From positions 84,869-148,868 of the forward strand of contig LBWK01000001.1 of the NCBI GenBank assembly GCA_000993565.1: a stretch of DNA of 64,000 nucleotides. The letters run 5' to 3'. This DNA comes from a candidate division WS6 bacterium GW2011_GWF2_39_15. Its GTDB lineage: Bacteria; Patescibacteriota; Dojkabacteria; SC72. The position numbers and the translations under genes were made by a program. Shown here piece by piece: positions 38,201 to 46,165 of this stretch (within the stretch, counting starts at the first letter, position 1; every line of letters begins with the position of its first letter). Below the pieces are notes generated by a model. It did not search any database, had not been told where the DNA came from, and worked only from the letters and a program-made list of their open reading frames with translations.

Positions 38201-38490
38201 TGATACTGCCAGGCAAAATTACTTCATCAAAAGTTTCAGTTGAAGTGAAAACCGGGTGGAACTTTGTTGGTTTAACAGGAAAAATCCAGCCACCTTCTTC
38301 TCTCAAATTTTTGGAGAAACTAATGAAGGAACATGGTTTAGCAAAAGTGAATATTACTCAGTGGGATTCAAGCAAGGGACTATTTGAGAGTGTTCAATAT
38401 GATGGAGAGATAGTATACGGAGACGATTACAATTTGAATAATGCTTCAGGGTACTTCTTGTATACGAATAAAGCTTTCACCCTTAAATAG
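35215..38490 (+). CDS. Large multidomain cell-surface protein (FN3-like, Cys-rich repeat modules, SLT-like domain, Pro/Thr/Ser linker, beta-rich C-terminal region)
   Basis: 1091 aa with an N-terminal TM anchor. The FN3 / purple-acid-phosphatase-N-like stretch is ISNITSTSVTLTWVTT...YYFRLS. Cys-rich module copies start at CCALIISGRKNVLFDYEEAGACTTCGECYKVG...NNCESMDRLASKGLPAG, CCAFILKGENVY... and CCAMIVTGKDNVYFDYVNDKICNTCGDCFPVG...TTCESIKRPASSGVPAD. The SLT-like block is YGINPALGLSIWVHESAASDY. The linker is STPSTPSTPTTPSTPSTPSTPSTPSTPTTPS. Confidence 0.6.
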   Translation: MKSKKKLVSRNSKFIFTLIFIILIVAGFFYTRDLFTSKARNVKISNITSTSVTLTWVTTKKNAGIVLVKEGSNIGNSWKDFFTARRYYDDRDIYITATKTVINAERRYTHYVTINHLTPEKKYYFRLSNGLHIWDIKDVNQKKEWYGIDNISSFQFTTPAISSSGLTLPQTVYGNLEDQKALAYSDGIIFGQIYSVNDEGEVDIQNKSRIISTFVNDDGGWVLDYSLEKNGFENNKDQIYLYAHIENKSDIPGQFENITSGSSIVDLFDYDRTQSLRPSFLLSLSKPVSAAGDPVCCALIISGRKNVLFDYEEAGACTTCGECYKVGTQESGGTLLEVGSIKPRGDNDAERRNNCESMDRLASKGLPAGSEDQSSSSSNNNSNSSENSFSGACNTSLKDEDFTVSNIDKSQFVDYAKRLGGGGTQADKCYNYVVCKSKQYGINPALGLSIWVHESAASDYQRFPNVEDMGIHCYGGAGNYPAYPCNQTPKENLKAQTEMFGLLPHTQCQSGGSFNITKWATGFWTGNCSETSYGEKYVDDLELQWSVYGKGAFPNWLKNAGTAKPNLPCDQVASSTPSTPSTPTTPSTPSTPSTPSTPSTPTTPSQNTGEKCCAFILKGENVYRSEKTTSNSCADAFAKGSSYTSGNISGTIDYGVEIGRKEVQVIKPACCAMIVTGKDNVYFDYVNDKICNTCGDCFPVGRTVAGGRVTAVGREVLTGANDNRTTCESIKRPASSGVPADTPVEPVFSNKCSGTQYDIECKNYLPVPKGENAISAPYGENTRCLDPNVKPIEDGITNIIISKENPKVFTKLLSTVQAEESYVKSVSGSVVTFTKDGIYNIEIGDLKVSNVPINSDGKYRFYQEINEERGYQSSKDKALTFKNKNEIKAVKVEDGFRVELNAGYNFITINYERPPMSIITTPANPTQITAASVLNIGNIDEIKVTYLSTYADGKWANGIRPRDDKKPGLLGNDFALLPGQGYMIISNSDLKGGMALILPGKITSSKVSVEVKTGWNFVGLTGKIQPPSSLKFLEKLMKEHGLAKVNITQWDSSKGLFESVQYDGEIVYGDDYNLNNASGYFLYTNKAFTLK
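36937..37026 (+). repeat. Imperfect 9-bp tandem repeat (TCA/TCT-ACM-CCT units) encoding the (S/T)TP(S/T) linker
   Basis: Sequence tcaactcct tcaaccccc tcaaccccg acaacccct tctacacct tcaacccct tctacacct tcaacacca agtacaccg acgacacct. These are 10 nonamer units in frame. Confidence 0.7.
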
Positions 38491-40465
38491 CGTTTAGATC
38501 CTTTATCTGGTCTCTAATTTCAGCAGCCTTTTCGAATTGAAGGTTGCTTGCATATAAATGCATCTTATCCTCAAGATCTTTAATAACTCTTTTGATCTCA
38601 CTTTTAGGAGGTTTGGCTCCCTTTATCCATTCTGAGTAATCAAATTCAAGCTCTTCTTCACTTTTCTCAACTAATCTATCTCTAATAGCTTTAATAATAC
38701 TTTGAGGCGTTATTCCCTTCTTTTTGTTATACTCTTCCTGATATTTACGCCTTCTTTGCGTTTCCGAAATGGCATACTTCATACTCTCAGTCAGAGAATC
38801 TGCATACATAATAACCCGACCCTCAACATGTCGTGCAGCTCTCCCAATTGTCTGAACCAGGCTGGTTTTAGATCTTAAGAATCCTTCCTTATCAGCATCT
38901 AAAATAATAACCAATGAGACTTCTGGCAGATCAATCCCCTCCCTTAACAGGTTTATACCGACTAAAACATCATACTCACCTAATCTTAAATCGCGAAGGA
39001 TATCGACTCTCTCAACAGTGTCAACATCTGAGTGAAGATATTGAACTTTAATATCAAGATCCCTTAGATATTCTGCAAGGTCTTCGGCCATCTTTTTTGT
39101 GAGAGTTGTGATTAGGACGCGCTGTTTCTTCTCTATATTCTTTCTAACTTCCTCAATAACATCATCAATTTGATTATTTGTAGGACGAATATCTACCTTA
39201 GGATCTAAAAGTCCCGTAGGACGTGTCAGAAGCTCTGTGAGAGACCCTTTAGAATCAGTGATCTCCCATTCGTCAGGGGTAGCAGAGTAGTAGATTGTGT
39301 TTCCCTGTTTAGACTGAAACTCACTAAACTTTAAAGGTCTATTATCTTTTGCAGAAGGTAATCTGAAACCGTATTCAACAAGATTGTCTTTCCTAGCACT
39401 GTCACCGTTGTACATACCCCTTACCTGAGGAATAGTAATATGAGACTCATCTACAAATAGGAGGTAGTCTTTAGGAAAGTAGTCAAGAAGAGTATACGGA
39501 GGATCTCCGGCAGATCTACCGTCGAAGTATATAGAGTAATTTTCCATGCTTTTACAAAATCCTACCTCTCTAATCATTTCCATGTCGTATCGAGTTTTTT
39601 GCAAAAGCCTGTGAGCCTCCAATTCCTTACCAATACTTCTTAAAAAGGAAACTCTATCATTCAGATCTTTTTCGATTTTAACAAGAGCACCTTCAATAAC
39701 ATCATTACCGTAAACAAGCGACGTTGCAGGATATATTTCAACTTCATCAATCTCCTTTATTTTATGTGTTGAGATAGCATCTATATATGAAATCCTCTCA
39801 ATAGTATTTCCCCAAAACTCAACTCTAACAGGGAAATCATCATAAGGCATAAAAACATCAACAATGTCACCTTTGACTCTGAATGAACCTGGAACGAAAT
39901 CTTCTCCCTGTCTGTTATATCTCATTAATGTTAAGTCCATGGATATCTTGGATAGCTCTATCTCTTCGCCTCTCCTAAGTGTTAAAGCCTTGTTTTCATA
40001 GTTATCGGGGCTCCCAATATTATATATACACGATACTGATGCCACTACAATTGTATCCCTTCTCGTCACGGCAGCATTCATTGCTGAAAATCTCAGCCTC
40101 TCAATCTGTTGATTCACCTCTGACTCTTTCTCAATATACAGGTCACGGTTCGGAATATACGCTTCCGGCTGATAATAGTCATAGTATGATACGAAATACT
40201 TGACGGCATTGTCAGGAAAGAATTCTTTGAACTCTTCATATAGCTGTGCCGCTAGTGTTTTGTTATGTGAAAGGATAAGTGCAGGTCGATTAAGCTCCTT
40301 AATGATATTAGCCATTACATATGTTTTTCCAGAACCAGTTACTCCCAAAAGAACTTGCCTTTCATTACCCTTTTCAACATTTGATTTTAGGTTTTCAATC
40401 GCAATTTGTTGGTCTTTAGAAGGTGAGTATTTTGATTGTAGGTTAAAGGGATTATCTTTTCTCAT
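38483..40465 (-). CDS. uvrB: Excinuclease ABC subunit B
   Basis: 660 aa. Walker A is GVTGSGKTYVMANII. Helicase motifs, the beta-hairpin region and a C-terminal UVR domain (ASNLQFEKAAEIRDQIKDL) are present. Confidence 0.9.
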   Translation of the reverse strand: MRKDNPFNLQSKYSPSKDQQIAIENLKSNVEKGNERQVLLGVTGSGKTYVMANIIKELNRPALILSHNKTLAAQLYEEFKEFFPDNAVKYFVSYYDYYQPEAYIPNRDLYIEKESEVNQQIERLRFSAMNAAVTRRDTIVVASVSCIYNIGSPDNYENKALTLRRGEEIELSKISMDLTLMRYNRQGEDFVPGSFRVKGDIVDVFMPYDDFPVRVEFWGNTIERISYIDAISTHKIKEIDEVEIYPATSLVYGNDVIEGALVKIEKDLNDRVSFLRSIGKELEAHRLLQKTRYDMEMIREVGFCKSMENYSIYFDGRSAGDPPYTLLDYFPKDYLLFVDESHITIPQVRGMYNGDSARKDNLVEYGFRLPSAKDNRPLKFSEFQSKQGNTIYYSATPDEWEITDSKGSLTELLTRPTGLLDPKVDIRPTNNQIDDVIEEVRKNIEKKQRVLITTLTKKMAEDLAEYLRDLDIKVQYLHSDVDTVERVDILRDLRLGEYDVLVGINLLREGIDLPEVSLVIILDADKEGFLRSKTSLVQTIGRAARHVEGRVIMYADSLTESMKYAISETQRRRKYQEEYNKKKGITPQSIIKAIRDRLVEKSEEELEFDYSEWIKGAKPPKSEIKRVIKDLEDKMHLYASNLQFEKAAEIRDQIKDLNAI

Positions 40466-40494
40466 TCTTTAATTATACCTTAAAAAGGGTAGCC

Positions 40495-41052
40495 ATGCTT
40501 CAAATGATGTATTATAATACTGATACTATGTTAGGAGATCAATTTGTACGAGAACCAAAAGAACGACCAGTTGAAGCATCAGAAGTAGAATCATTACTTT
40601 TGGGATCTTCTGTGTATGTATGCCCAGCTGACGAGATCAGTGCTTCTGCGATAAGTTCCTTTTTCAATGAGGCAGAACTTAAGGAAATATTTGCATCACC
40701 CTTATTAAAACAGGGTGGTGTTATTGTTATCTGGAGAGGGATACTTTCAGTTCCATTTGGTATGGAAAAAGGTATTGTGAGGCTCAACACAAGATATCAA
40801 AACAATGAAACAACAGCCAATTTACATGGAGGAGAGCTTATAACCGATGTTGTACGGGATACGGAAAGTGGTAGAATCTTTAGATATAGCAATTTATTTC
40901 ATGACCAATACCCTGAATCTCCACACGGAGAATCCAATACTCAGCCATTAGGCAAAGTCTCACAATTGAGACATGCTATACTTATTAGGTCAGAAGTAAC
41001 CAATAGGCTTTTTGAACTAAATGAGATGATAAGGATTAGCCAAGATGCATGA
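40495..41052 (+). CDS. Hypothetical protein
   Basis: 185 aa with no recognisable motif. It lies only 29 nt from the divergent uvrB start, and its 8-nt overlap with the HIT gene suggests co-transcription. Coding status is uncertain. Confidence 0.35.
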   Translation: MLQMMYYNTDTMLGDQFVREPKERPVEASEVESLLLGSSVYVCPADEISASAISSFFNEAELKEIFASPLLKQGGVIVIWRGILSVPFGMEKGIVRLNTRYQNNETTANLHGGELITDVVRDTESGRIFRYSNLFHDQYPESPHGESNTQPLGKVSQLRHAILIRSEVTNRLFELNEMIRISQDA

Positions 41053-41476
41053 TCCAAGCTGCATATTCTGTAAAATTGTAAAAGGAGATATACCTTCATA
41101 TAAAATATATGAAGACGATAAATTTCTAGCCTTTCTAGATATCGCACAGTTTGTAGAAGGACACACCCTGCTTATCCCTAAAGAACATTTTGAGTTCGTA
41201 TGGGATATCACATATATCGGTGAATATTATAAAACAGCAAAGCAGATATCAGACCATTTCAGAAAGAGATTAGGTTATAAATATGTTGACAGTGCTACAT
41301 TTGGAAGGGATGTACCTCATGCACATTTACATCTGATACCTCATAACGAGACCGGTACTGACTGGGAGAAAGCCTTAAAAGAAATAGGTAATATGCAAAA
41401 GGATAGTTCAAGAAGAATAAATCCCAGTGAAGGTTCAATCCTTATAGAGAAATTTAGATTGAGTAGAATTACTTAG
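41045..41476 (+). CDS. HIT-family (histidine triad) nucleotide hydrolase/transferase
   Basis: 143 aa. CIFCKIVKGDIPSYKIYEDDKFLAFLD and the HAHLHLIPH histidine triad are present. Confidence 0.75.
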   Translation: MHDPSCIFCKIVKGDIPSYKIYEDDKFLAFLDIAQFVEGHTLLIPKEHFEFVWDITYIGEYYKTAKQISDHFRKRLGYKYVDSATFGRDVPHAHLHLIPHNETGTDWEKALKEIGNMQKDSSRRINPSEGSILIEKFRLSRIT

Positions 41477-41844
41477 TTTAATTCCACGAATTGGTAAGGT
41501 AGATTACTTTTTGGCCTATTAGTTATTTCAACAAAAATTATTGGGCTCGTTTCTGCTGATTTTAAGTATAACGTAAGCCCCATTCGAGAACTTAAATCGA
41601 AGTTATCTAGCAAAAAAGCTCTATTAGATTGTGCCCAGCCCTTACTTAAAGCAAGTGCTTCTATTCCGTCCTTCAATGCAGTCACATCATCAGTTAATCT
41701 CGTCTCAAGTAGCTGCAATTCCTTCGGAAGAGTACCTCTATTTTGCGGCTGTCCTTTAGCATATTCAATCATCGTAGCAGCTCTCGAAGCAAATTCACTC
41801 CATATCGTTTCAGTAGTGTTGGAATACTCTTTTGTTTCAACCAT
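41473..41844 (-). CDS. Hypothetical protein
   Basis: 123 aa, convergent with the HIT gene and divergent from mutL. It has no motif I recognise and is predicted helical. Confidence 0.35.
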   Translation of the reverse strand: MVETKEYSNTTETIWSEFASRAATMIEYAKGQPQNRGTLPKELQLLETRLTDDVTALKDGIEALALSKGWAQSNRAFLLDNFDLSSRMGLTLYLKSAETSPIIFVEITNRPKSNLPYQFVELN

Positions 41845-41900
41845 TTGTATAAATAATACTAATTTAATTAGGGTTCTAATTATACTAAAAATGGCGTAAA

Positions 41901-43721
41901 ATGGGTAATATGATTAAAGATGTCAGAAAATTGCCACAGGAGTTAATCAATCAAATTGCTGCTGGTGAGGTTATAGAACGCCCGGCATCTATTGTCAAGG
42001 AGTTGGTTGATAACTCTATAGATGCAGGAGCGAAAAGTATAAAAATCAAGTTAGAGGAAGGCGGAACTAAAAGTATAGAGATCATTGATGACGGCTTCGG
42101 AATATCGAAGGAAAATCTCTCCAAAGCATTTGAGGCTCATACGACAAGCAAAATAGAGACCTTTGATGATTTAAATAATGTCATCACAATGGGATTCAGA
42201 GGTGAAGCACTCTCCACAGTTGTTTCAGTATCAAGAGTAAAAGCAGTCTCTAAAGCTAAAAGTGCTGAATTCGGTTACGAGATCTCATTTGATGGAATTA
42301 CTCCACAACCTATTCAAAAATCACCCAAAGATAAAGGGACTTCAATTACTGTAACAGACCTTTTCTATAACATTCCTGCACGGAAAAAGTTCTTAAAAAC
42401 CCCTGAAACTGAATACCGAAAGATTCTAGAAATTCTCTACCCTTATTTCATGCTATATAACAATATACACTGGACTGTCATAAAAAACGGTAAGGAATCA
42501 TTAAATCTCACTCCAGTAGATTCAGCTTTTAAACTCTCGAAAGACCGTATACAGGCAGTACTGAAGAGTGATTTCATTTCCCGCATGTTTGAGTTTTCGT
42601 CTGAAGGCAATGGAATGAAGATTGCGGGTTTTGCAGGGCATCCAAAGGATAACTTTGAAAAGACCGCTCACCAATATATATTTATCAACAATAGACCGAT
42701 TTGGGACTTTGGTATCGCCAAATCAATACGAAATGCCTATTCAAGATTCATACCTCAAACACAAAAGATTCCATTTGTTATCTCAATTCAGATGCCTACT
42801 AATCAGGTAGATGTAAATGTACACCCTAGAAAGGAAGAGGTGAGATTCGAAAACCCCTTTAGAGTATATTCACTTGTAGAAGAAGCTGTTACAACAGCAT
42901 TAAGTAAGGTTGTAAGGCAAGAAAATCAAATAAACTCTCCATACTTCTCACCCTCCACTCATTTTAACTCCCTAAAAGATTCCTCTGCCAAAAGTTATCA
43001 ACCTCAAGCTATGTTCGGAAGCAGCGGAGAGAGTAGGGATATAAGATTCGATAAAAAGCCAAAAGATTTCAGCATTAAACAAAGCCTAGAATTCTCAAGG
43101 GAGATAATTGAGTCAAAGAATGAGCCATCATCTCAACTAAATACTGATGTCAGGAATACTTTCCAAATTTTTAATAAGTATATTATTCTTGAAACACAGG
43201 ATGAGCTGATAATTGTGGACCAGCATGCTGCAGCGGAAAGGATAAACTTTGAAAAACTTGAGGCAAGTATCGAGAATAGAAATATGGATATACAAAATAT
43301 GTTAGTGCCAATTGATATTACCTTATCTGATTCCGAAAAGTCATACCTTAGGGAGAACAGGGATTTCTTTGAAAGTTTGGGCTTTAGATTTACACTATCA
43401 GACTCTACAATTGGTATCACTGCCATCCCCGCAATATTCACAAACGTGAATATCGAAGAGCTTTTCAGATCAGTTTGGGATCTTTCCTCTGAGGAAAGGG
43501 ATATATCAAAATCATTTGAAAATGCCAAGCAGAATATACTGGCAACACTTGCTTGTCATGGAAGTATAAGAAAAGGACAACCAGTATCACCTGCAGAGGG
43601 AAACCAACTATACGGGGACCTTATGAAATGCAAAAATCCCTACAGCTGCCCACACGGTAGACCAGCAGTGTGGAAACTGAAACTCAGTGAAATAGATACT
43701 AATTTTTACCGGACATATTAA
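41901..43721 (+). CDS. mutL: DNA mismatch repair protein MutL
   Basis: 606 aa. The GHKL ATPase N-terminus is LPQELINQIAAGEVIERPASIVKELVDNSIDAGAKSIKI. The C-terminal dimerisation domain is present. Confidence 0.85.
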   Translation: MGNMIKDVRKLPQELINQIAAGEVIERPASIVKELVDNSIDAGAKSIKIKLEEGGTKSIEIIDDGFGISKENLSKAFEAHTTSKIETFDDLNNVITMGFRGEALSTVVSVSRVKAVSKAKSAEFGYEISFDGITPQPIQKSPKDKGTSITVTDLFYNIPARKKFLKTPETEYRKILEILYPYFMLYNNIHWTVIKNGKESLNLTPVDSAFKLSKDRIQAVLKSDFISRMFEFSSEGNGMKIAGFAGHPKDNFEKTAHQYIFINNRPIWDFGIAKSIRNAYSRFIPQTQKIPFVISIQMPTNQVDVNVHPRKEEVRFENPFRVYSLVEEAVTTALSKVVRQENQINSPYFSPSTHFNSLKDSSAKSYQPQAMFGSSGESRDIRFDKKPKDFSIKQSLEFSREIIESKNEPSSQLNTDVRNTFQIFNKYIILETQDELIIVDQHAAAERINFEKLEASIENRNMDIQNMLVPIDITLSDSEKSYLRENRDFFESLGFRFTLSDSTIGITAIPAIFTNVNIEELFRSVWDLSSEERDISKSFENAKQNILATLACHGSIRKGQPVSPAEGNQLYGDLMKCKNPYSCPHGRPAVWKLKLSEIDTNFYRTY

Positions 43722-44422
43722 TGGAGAAAGGCAAATTATACCTCATTCCTACGTCCCTCTCCGGAATGCCCCTAGTTGATGTGTATCCTGAAAATATCTT
43801 AACTATTATTAGAGAGATTAAGACTTTTGTAGTTGAGACACCTAAAATCGGACGATCTTTTTTAAAAGGACTGTACAAAGACGTAAAGATCTTTGATTTA
43901 AAATTTTATACCCTTAATGAAAATATAAGACAGATCAGTCCAATAATTTATGACTTAAAAAGCGGTCATGACATTGGAGTTATAAGTGATGCAGGAGCAC
44001 CAGGAATAGGGGATATGGGAACTGACTTGGTTTTTGAAGCACAGAGAAATGAAATTAACGTTATACCTATTGTAGGACCGTCCGCAATAATGCTTGCTAT
44101 AATGGCCTCTGGCCTATCAGGACAATCATTTGCCTTCAACGGATACCTACCTAAAGAGCAGGAAGCAAGAGTAAAAAAGATTAAGCAATTAGAAGAAGCT
44201 TCTCATAAACTTAATCAGGCACAAGTGTTTATAGAAACACCATACAGAGCCCAATATGTTTACGAGGATATAATAAAGTCGTGTAAAGACAATACCTACC
44301 TCTCTCTGTCCGTAGATTTAACCGATGAAAAGGGCTTCTCAAAGACAAAAAGAGCAGGTGAGTGGAAAAAAGAAAATGTTGATATAAGCAAAAGACAGGT
44401 AGTATTTATTATTCAAAAGTAA
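43721..44422 (+). CDS. rsmI: 16S rRNA (cytidine1402-2'-O)-methyltransferase
   Basis: 233 aa of the tetrapyrrole-methylase fold. GKLYLIPTSLSG matches RsmI LYLVPTPIGN, and SDAGAPGIGDMG is the SAM pocket. The start overlaps the mutL stop. Confidence 0.75.
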   Translation: MEKGKLYLIPTSLSGMPLVDVYPENILTIIREIKTFVVETPKIGRSFLKGLYKDVKIFDLKFYTLNENIRQISPIIYDLKSGHDIGVISDAGAPGIGDMGTDLVFEAQRNEINVIPIVGPSAIMLAIMASGLSGQSFAFNGYLPKEQEARVKKIKQLEEASHKLNQAQVFIETPYRAQYVYEDIIKSCKDNTYLSLSVDLTDEKGFSKTKRAGEWKKENVDISKRQVVFIIQK

Positions 44423-44436
44423 CTAAAGAAGCCGTT

Positions 44437-45342
44437 ATGACGATAAGAGGAAGATACGCACCAAAAATTTCTGGTTTTAAGTATCTATCTTCTCCTATTA
44501 AAAAGTATGACTTCATATCCGAAGGTTTTATATATAATGCCGCTGAAAGAAGCATTCACGGACAGTTTTTTCATAAAGGTATAGACTATTCAGCTCCATA
44601 TGGTACACCAGTGTATGCTGCAGCTGCCGGGTATGCTGTAGCAAGTTATCATAGGTTCCCTGTACTCAGGTCTGATTTCACAATACAGATTTTGGATGGG
44701 AAGCCATTAGGAAATGGATTAGGGTATTTTGTACAAATATATCATCCCGAAAACATATCCGGGGTAAAAGGCGGAAGAATTACACAGTACGGGCATCTAA
44801 GCTATATTATAAATAAACTGGACGTAAAATTAACTCAAGTTCAAAAGATTAACTTGCTGGATAGAATAAAGAAAGTAAATGATGCAAAGGTAAAAAACGG
44901 ACTTAGTAATGAAAAATTGAATCGTGTCTTGGACCAGCAGGAGAAAATAATGAGATCATACCCATGGGTTCAAACATATCATGGCTACAATTTTTCCAAA
45001 GATTTAGGCGAGCGAGAAAGCTATTTATATTCCCCAACAGAATTAGCGTTTCTATATGAAAAAAGATCTCCCTTTGTTAAATATGTAGAGCAAGGGGAAG
45101 AAATCGGTAGAGTTGGAGCATCAGCGTTGTTACAAGGGAAACCCAGTTACTCTGAATATGAGATACACCCGTCAATTACAGAACCAAAAGTTGTGTGGGA
45201 TGAGTACCATCTTCATTTTGAAGAAGCAGACAGGGATTGGAATAGCGGGAGAAAAGGGCTTCAAAGAGATCCATACAATATTTATAAAACAAGCAAATGG
45301 TACTTAATCAAGGAAAATCTCAAAAGCTCCTTATTCGTATAA
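44437..45342 (+). CDS. M23-family (LytM-like) metallopeptidase domain protein
   Basis: 301 aa. HKGIDYSAPYGTPVYAAAAGYAV matches HxGxD...GTPVxAxxxGxV. The later GHLS is a degenerate HxH. Confidence 0.55.
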   Translation: MTIRGRYAPKISGFKYLSSPIKKYDFISEGFIYNAAERSIHGQFFHKGIDYSAPYGTPVYAAAAGYAVASYHRFPVLRSDFTIQILDGKPLGNGLGYFVQIYHPENISGVKGGRITQYGHLSYIINKLDVKLTQVQKINLLDRIKKVNDAKVKNGLSNEKLNRVLDQQEKIMRSYPWVQTYHGYNFSKDLGERESYLYSPTELAFLYEKRSPFVKYVEQGEEIGRVGASALLQGKPSYSEYEIHPSITEPKVVWDEYHLHFEEADRDWNSGRKGLQRDPYNIYKTSKWYLIKENLKSSLFV

Positions 45343-45355
45343 GTAAAAAGGTTAC

Positions 45356-46051
45356 TTACTTGTAATATTCAATCTTTTCAGGCAACTTTCCTTTAAGGAT
45401 AAACTTACCCTCCTTTATTTTAAACTGTTCAATCTTATACTTGCTATCTGGTGAAAGTCTCTCGCTTACAAAGTTATTAACTTCTCCTGCATACTTATTT
45501 ATAGTATCTGAAGGGATACTTAAAAAGGAGACTCTCACGGATGACAAATCGGCATTCACACTGTTATTAAGTATCTCAACCTTTCCTTTAAGATACACAG
45601 GAAAGCTGCCTCCAAAAGGCTTAATATATTTAGAAACAGTATCAACAAGTGACTGTGGAACTCCAGTTGCAGAAGCATAACCTAATGCCCGCGTTACGCT
45701 AAATGTTCCTGAATACTCAAAACTATCATCGGAATTAATCTTCACGCTTGAGTTTGTCAAAGGTGCATATTTCCATGAGTCTGCCCAATGATTCATTGCC
45801 GCAGTAGCCTCAACATTAGTTATATCTGAGTCAACCTCTTTAACCCCAGAGTTCGCAATACTATTAGCCGGCTGTATCTCACCTTCAATATCTACAATTT
45901 TAGCTGTATAACCGAGTTTTTGTGTAAGTCCGTCATAATCTTTCTGAGAATAGTTTACGGATACGGTTTTAGGCTTAAGAAAATTCTTAACACCAGCTAC
46001 AGCTACGACTATAACAGCGACAATAACAAGCAGAATTATGACTTTTTTCAT
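45356..46051 (-). CDS. Hypothetical membrane-anchored extracytoplasmic protein
   Basis: 231 aa. An N-terminal TM (VIILLVIVAVIVVAVAGV) is followed by a beta-rich domain. No motif found. Confidence 0.4.
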   Translation of the reverse strand: MKKVIILLVIVAVIVVAVAGVKNFLKPKTVSVNYSQKDYDGLTQKLGYTAKIVDIEGEIQPANSIANSGVKEVDSDITNVEATAAMNHWADSWKYAPLTNSSVKINSDDSFEYSGTFSVTRALGYASATGVPQSLVDTVSKYIKPFGGSFPVYLKGKVEILNNSVNADLSSVRVSFLSIPSDTINKYAGEVNNFVSERLSPDSKYKIEQFKIKEGKFILKGKLPEKIEYYK

Positions 46052-46128
46052 CAGTATGTACGTTATATATTATCACCTCAATCTTATACCTATTCGTCAT
46101 GCAATTAAAGAGATGAAAAATCTGATAG

Positions 46129-46157
46129 TTGAATATTGCCTTAGAAAGTACTAATCT
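46129..46157 (+). promoter_or_regulatory. Sigma70-like promoter (TTGAAT-17-TAATCT) producing a near-leaderless transcript for the ABC ATPase gene
   Basis: TTGAAT is at 46129..46134 and TAATCT at 46152..46157, with a 17-nt spacer. The ATG at 46166 is about 8 nt after the -10 and no SD is present. Confidence 0.3.
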
Positions 46158-46165
46158 GTAGAGAC

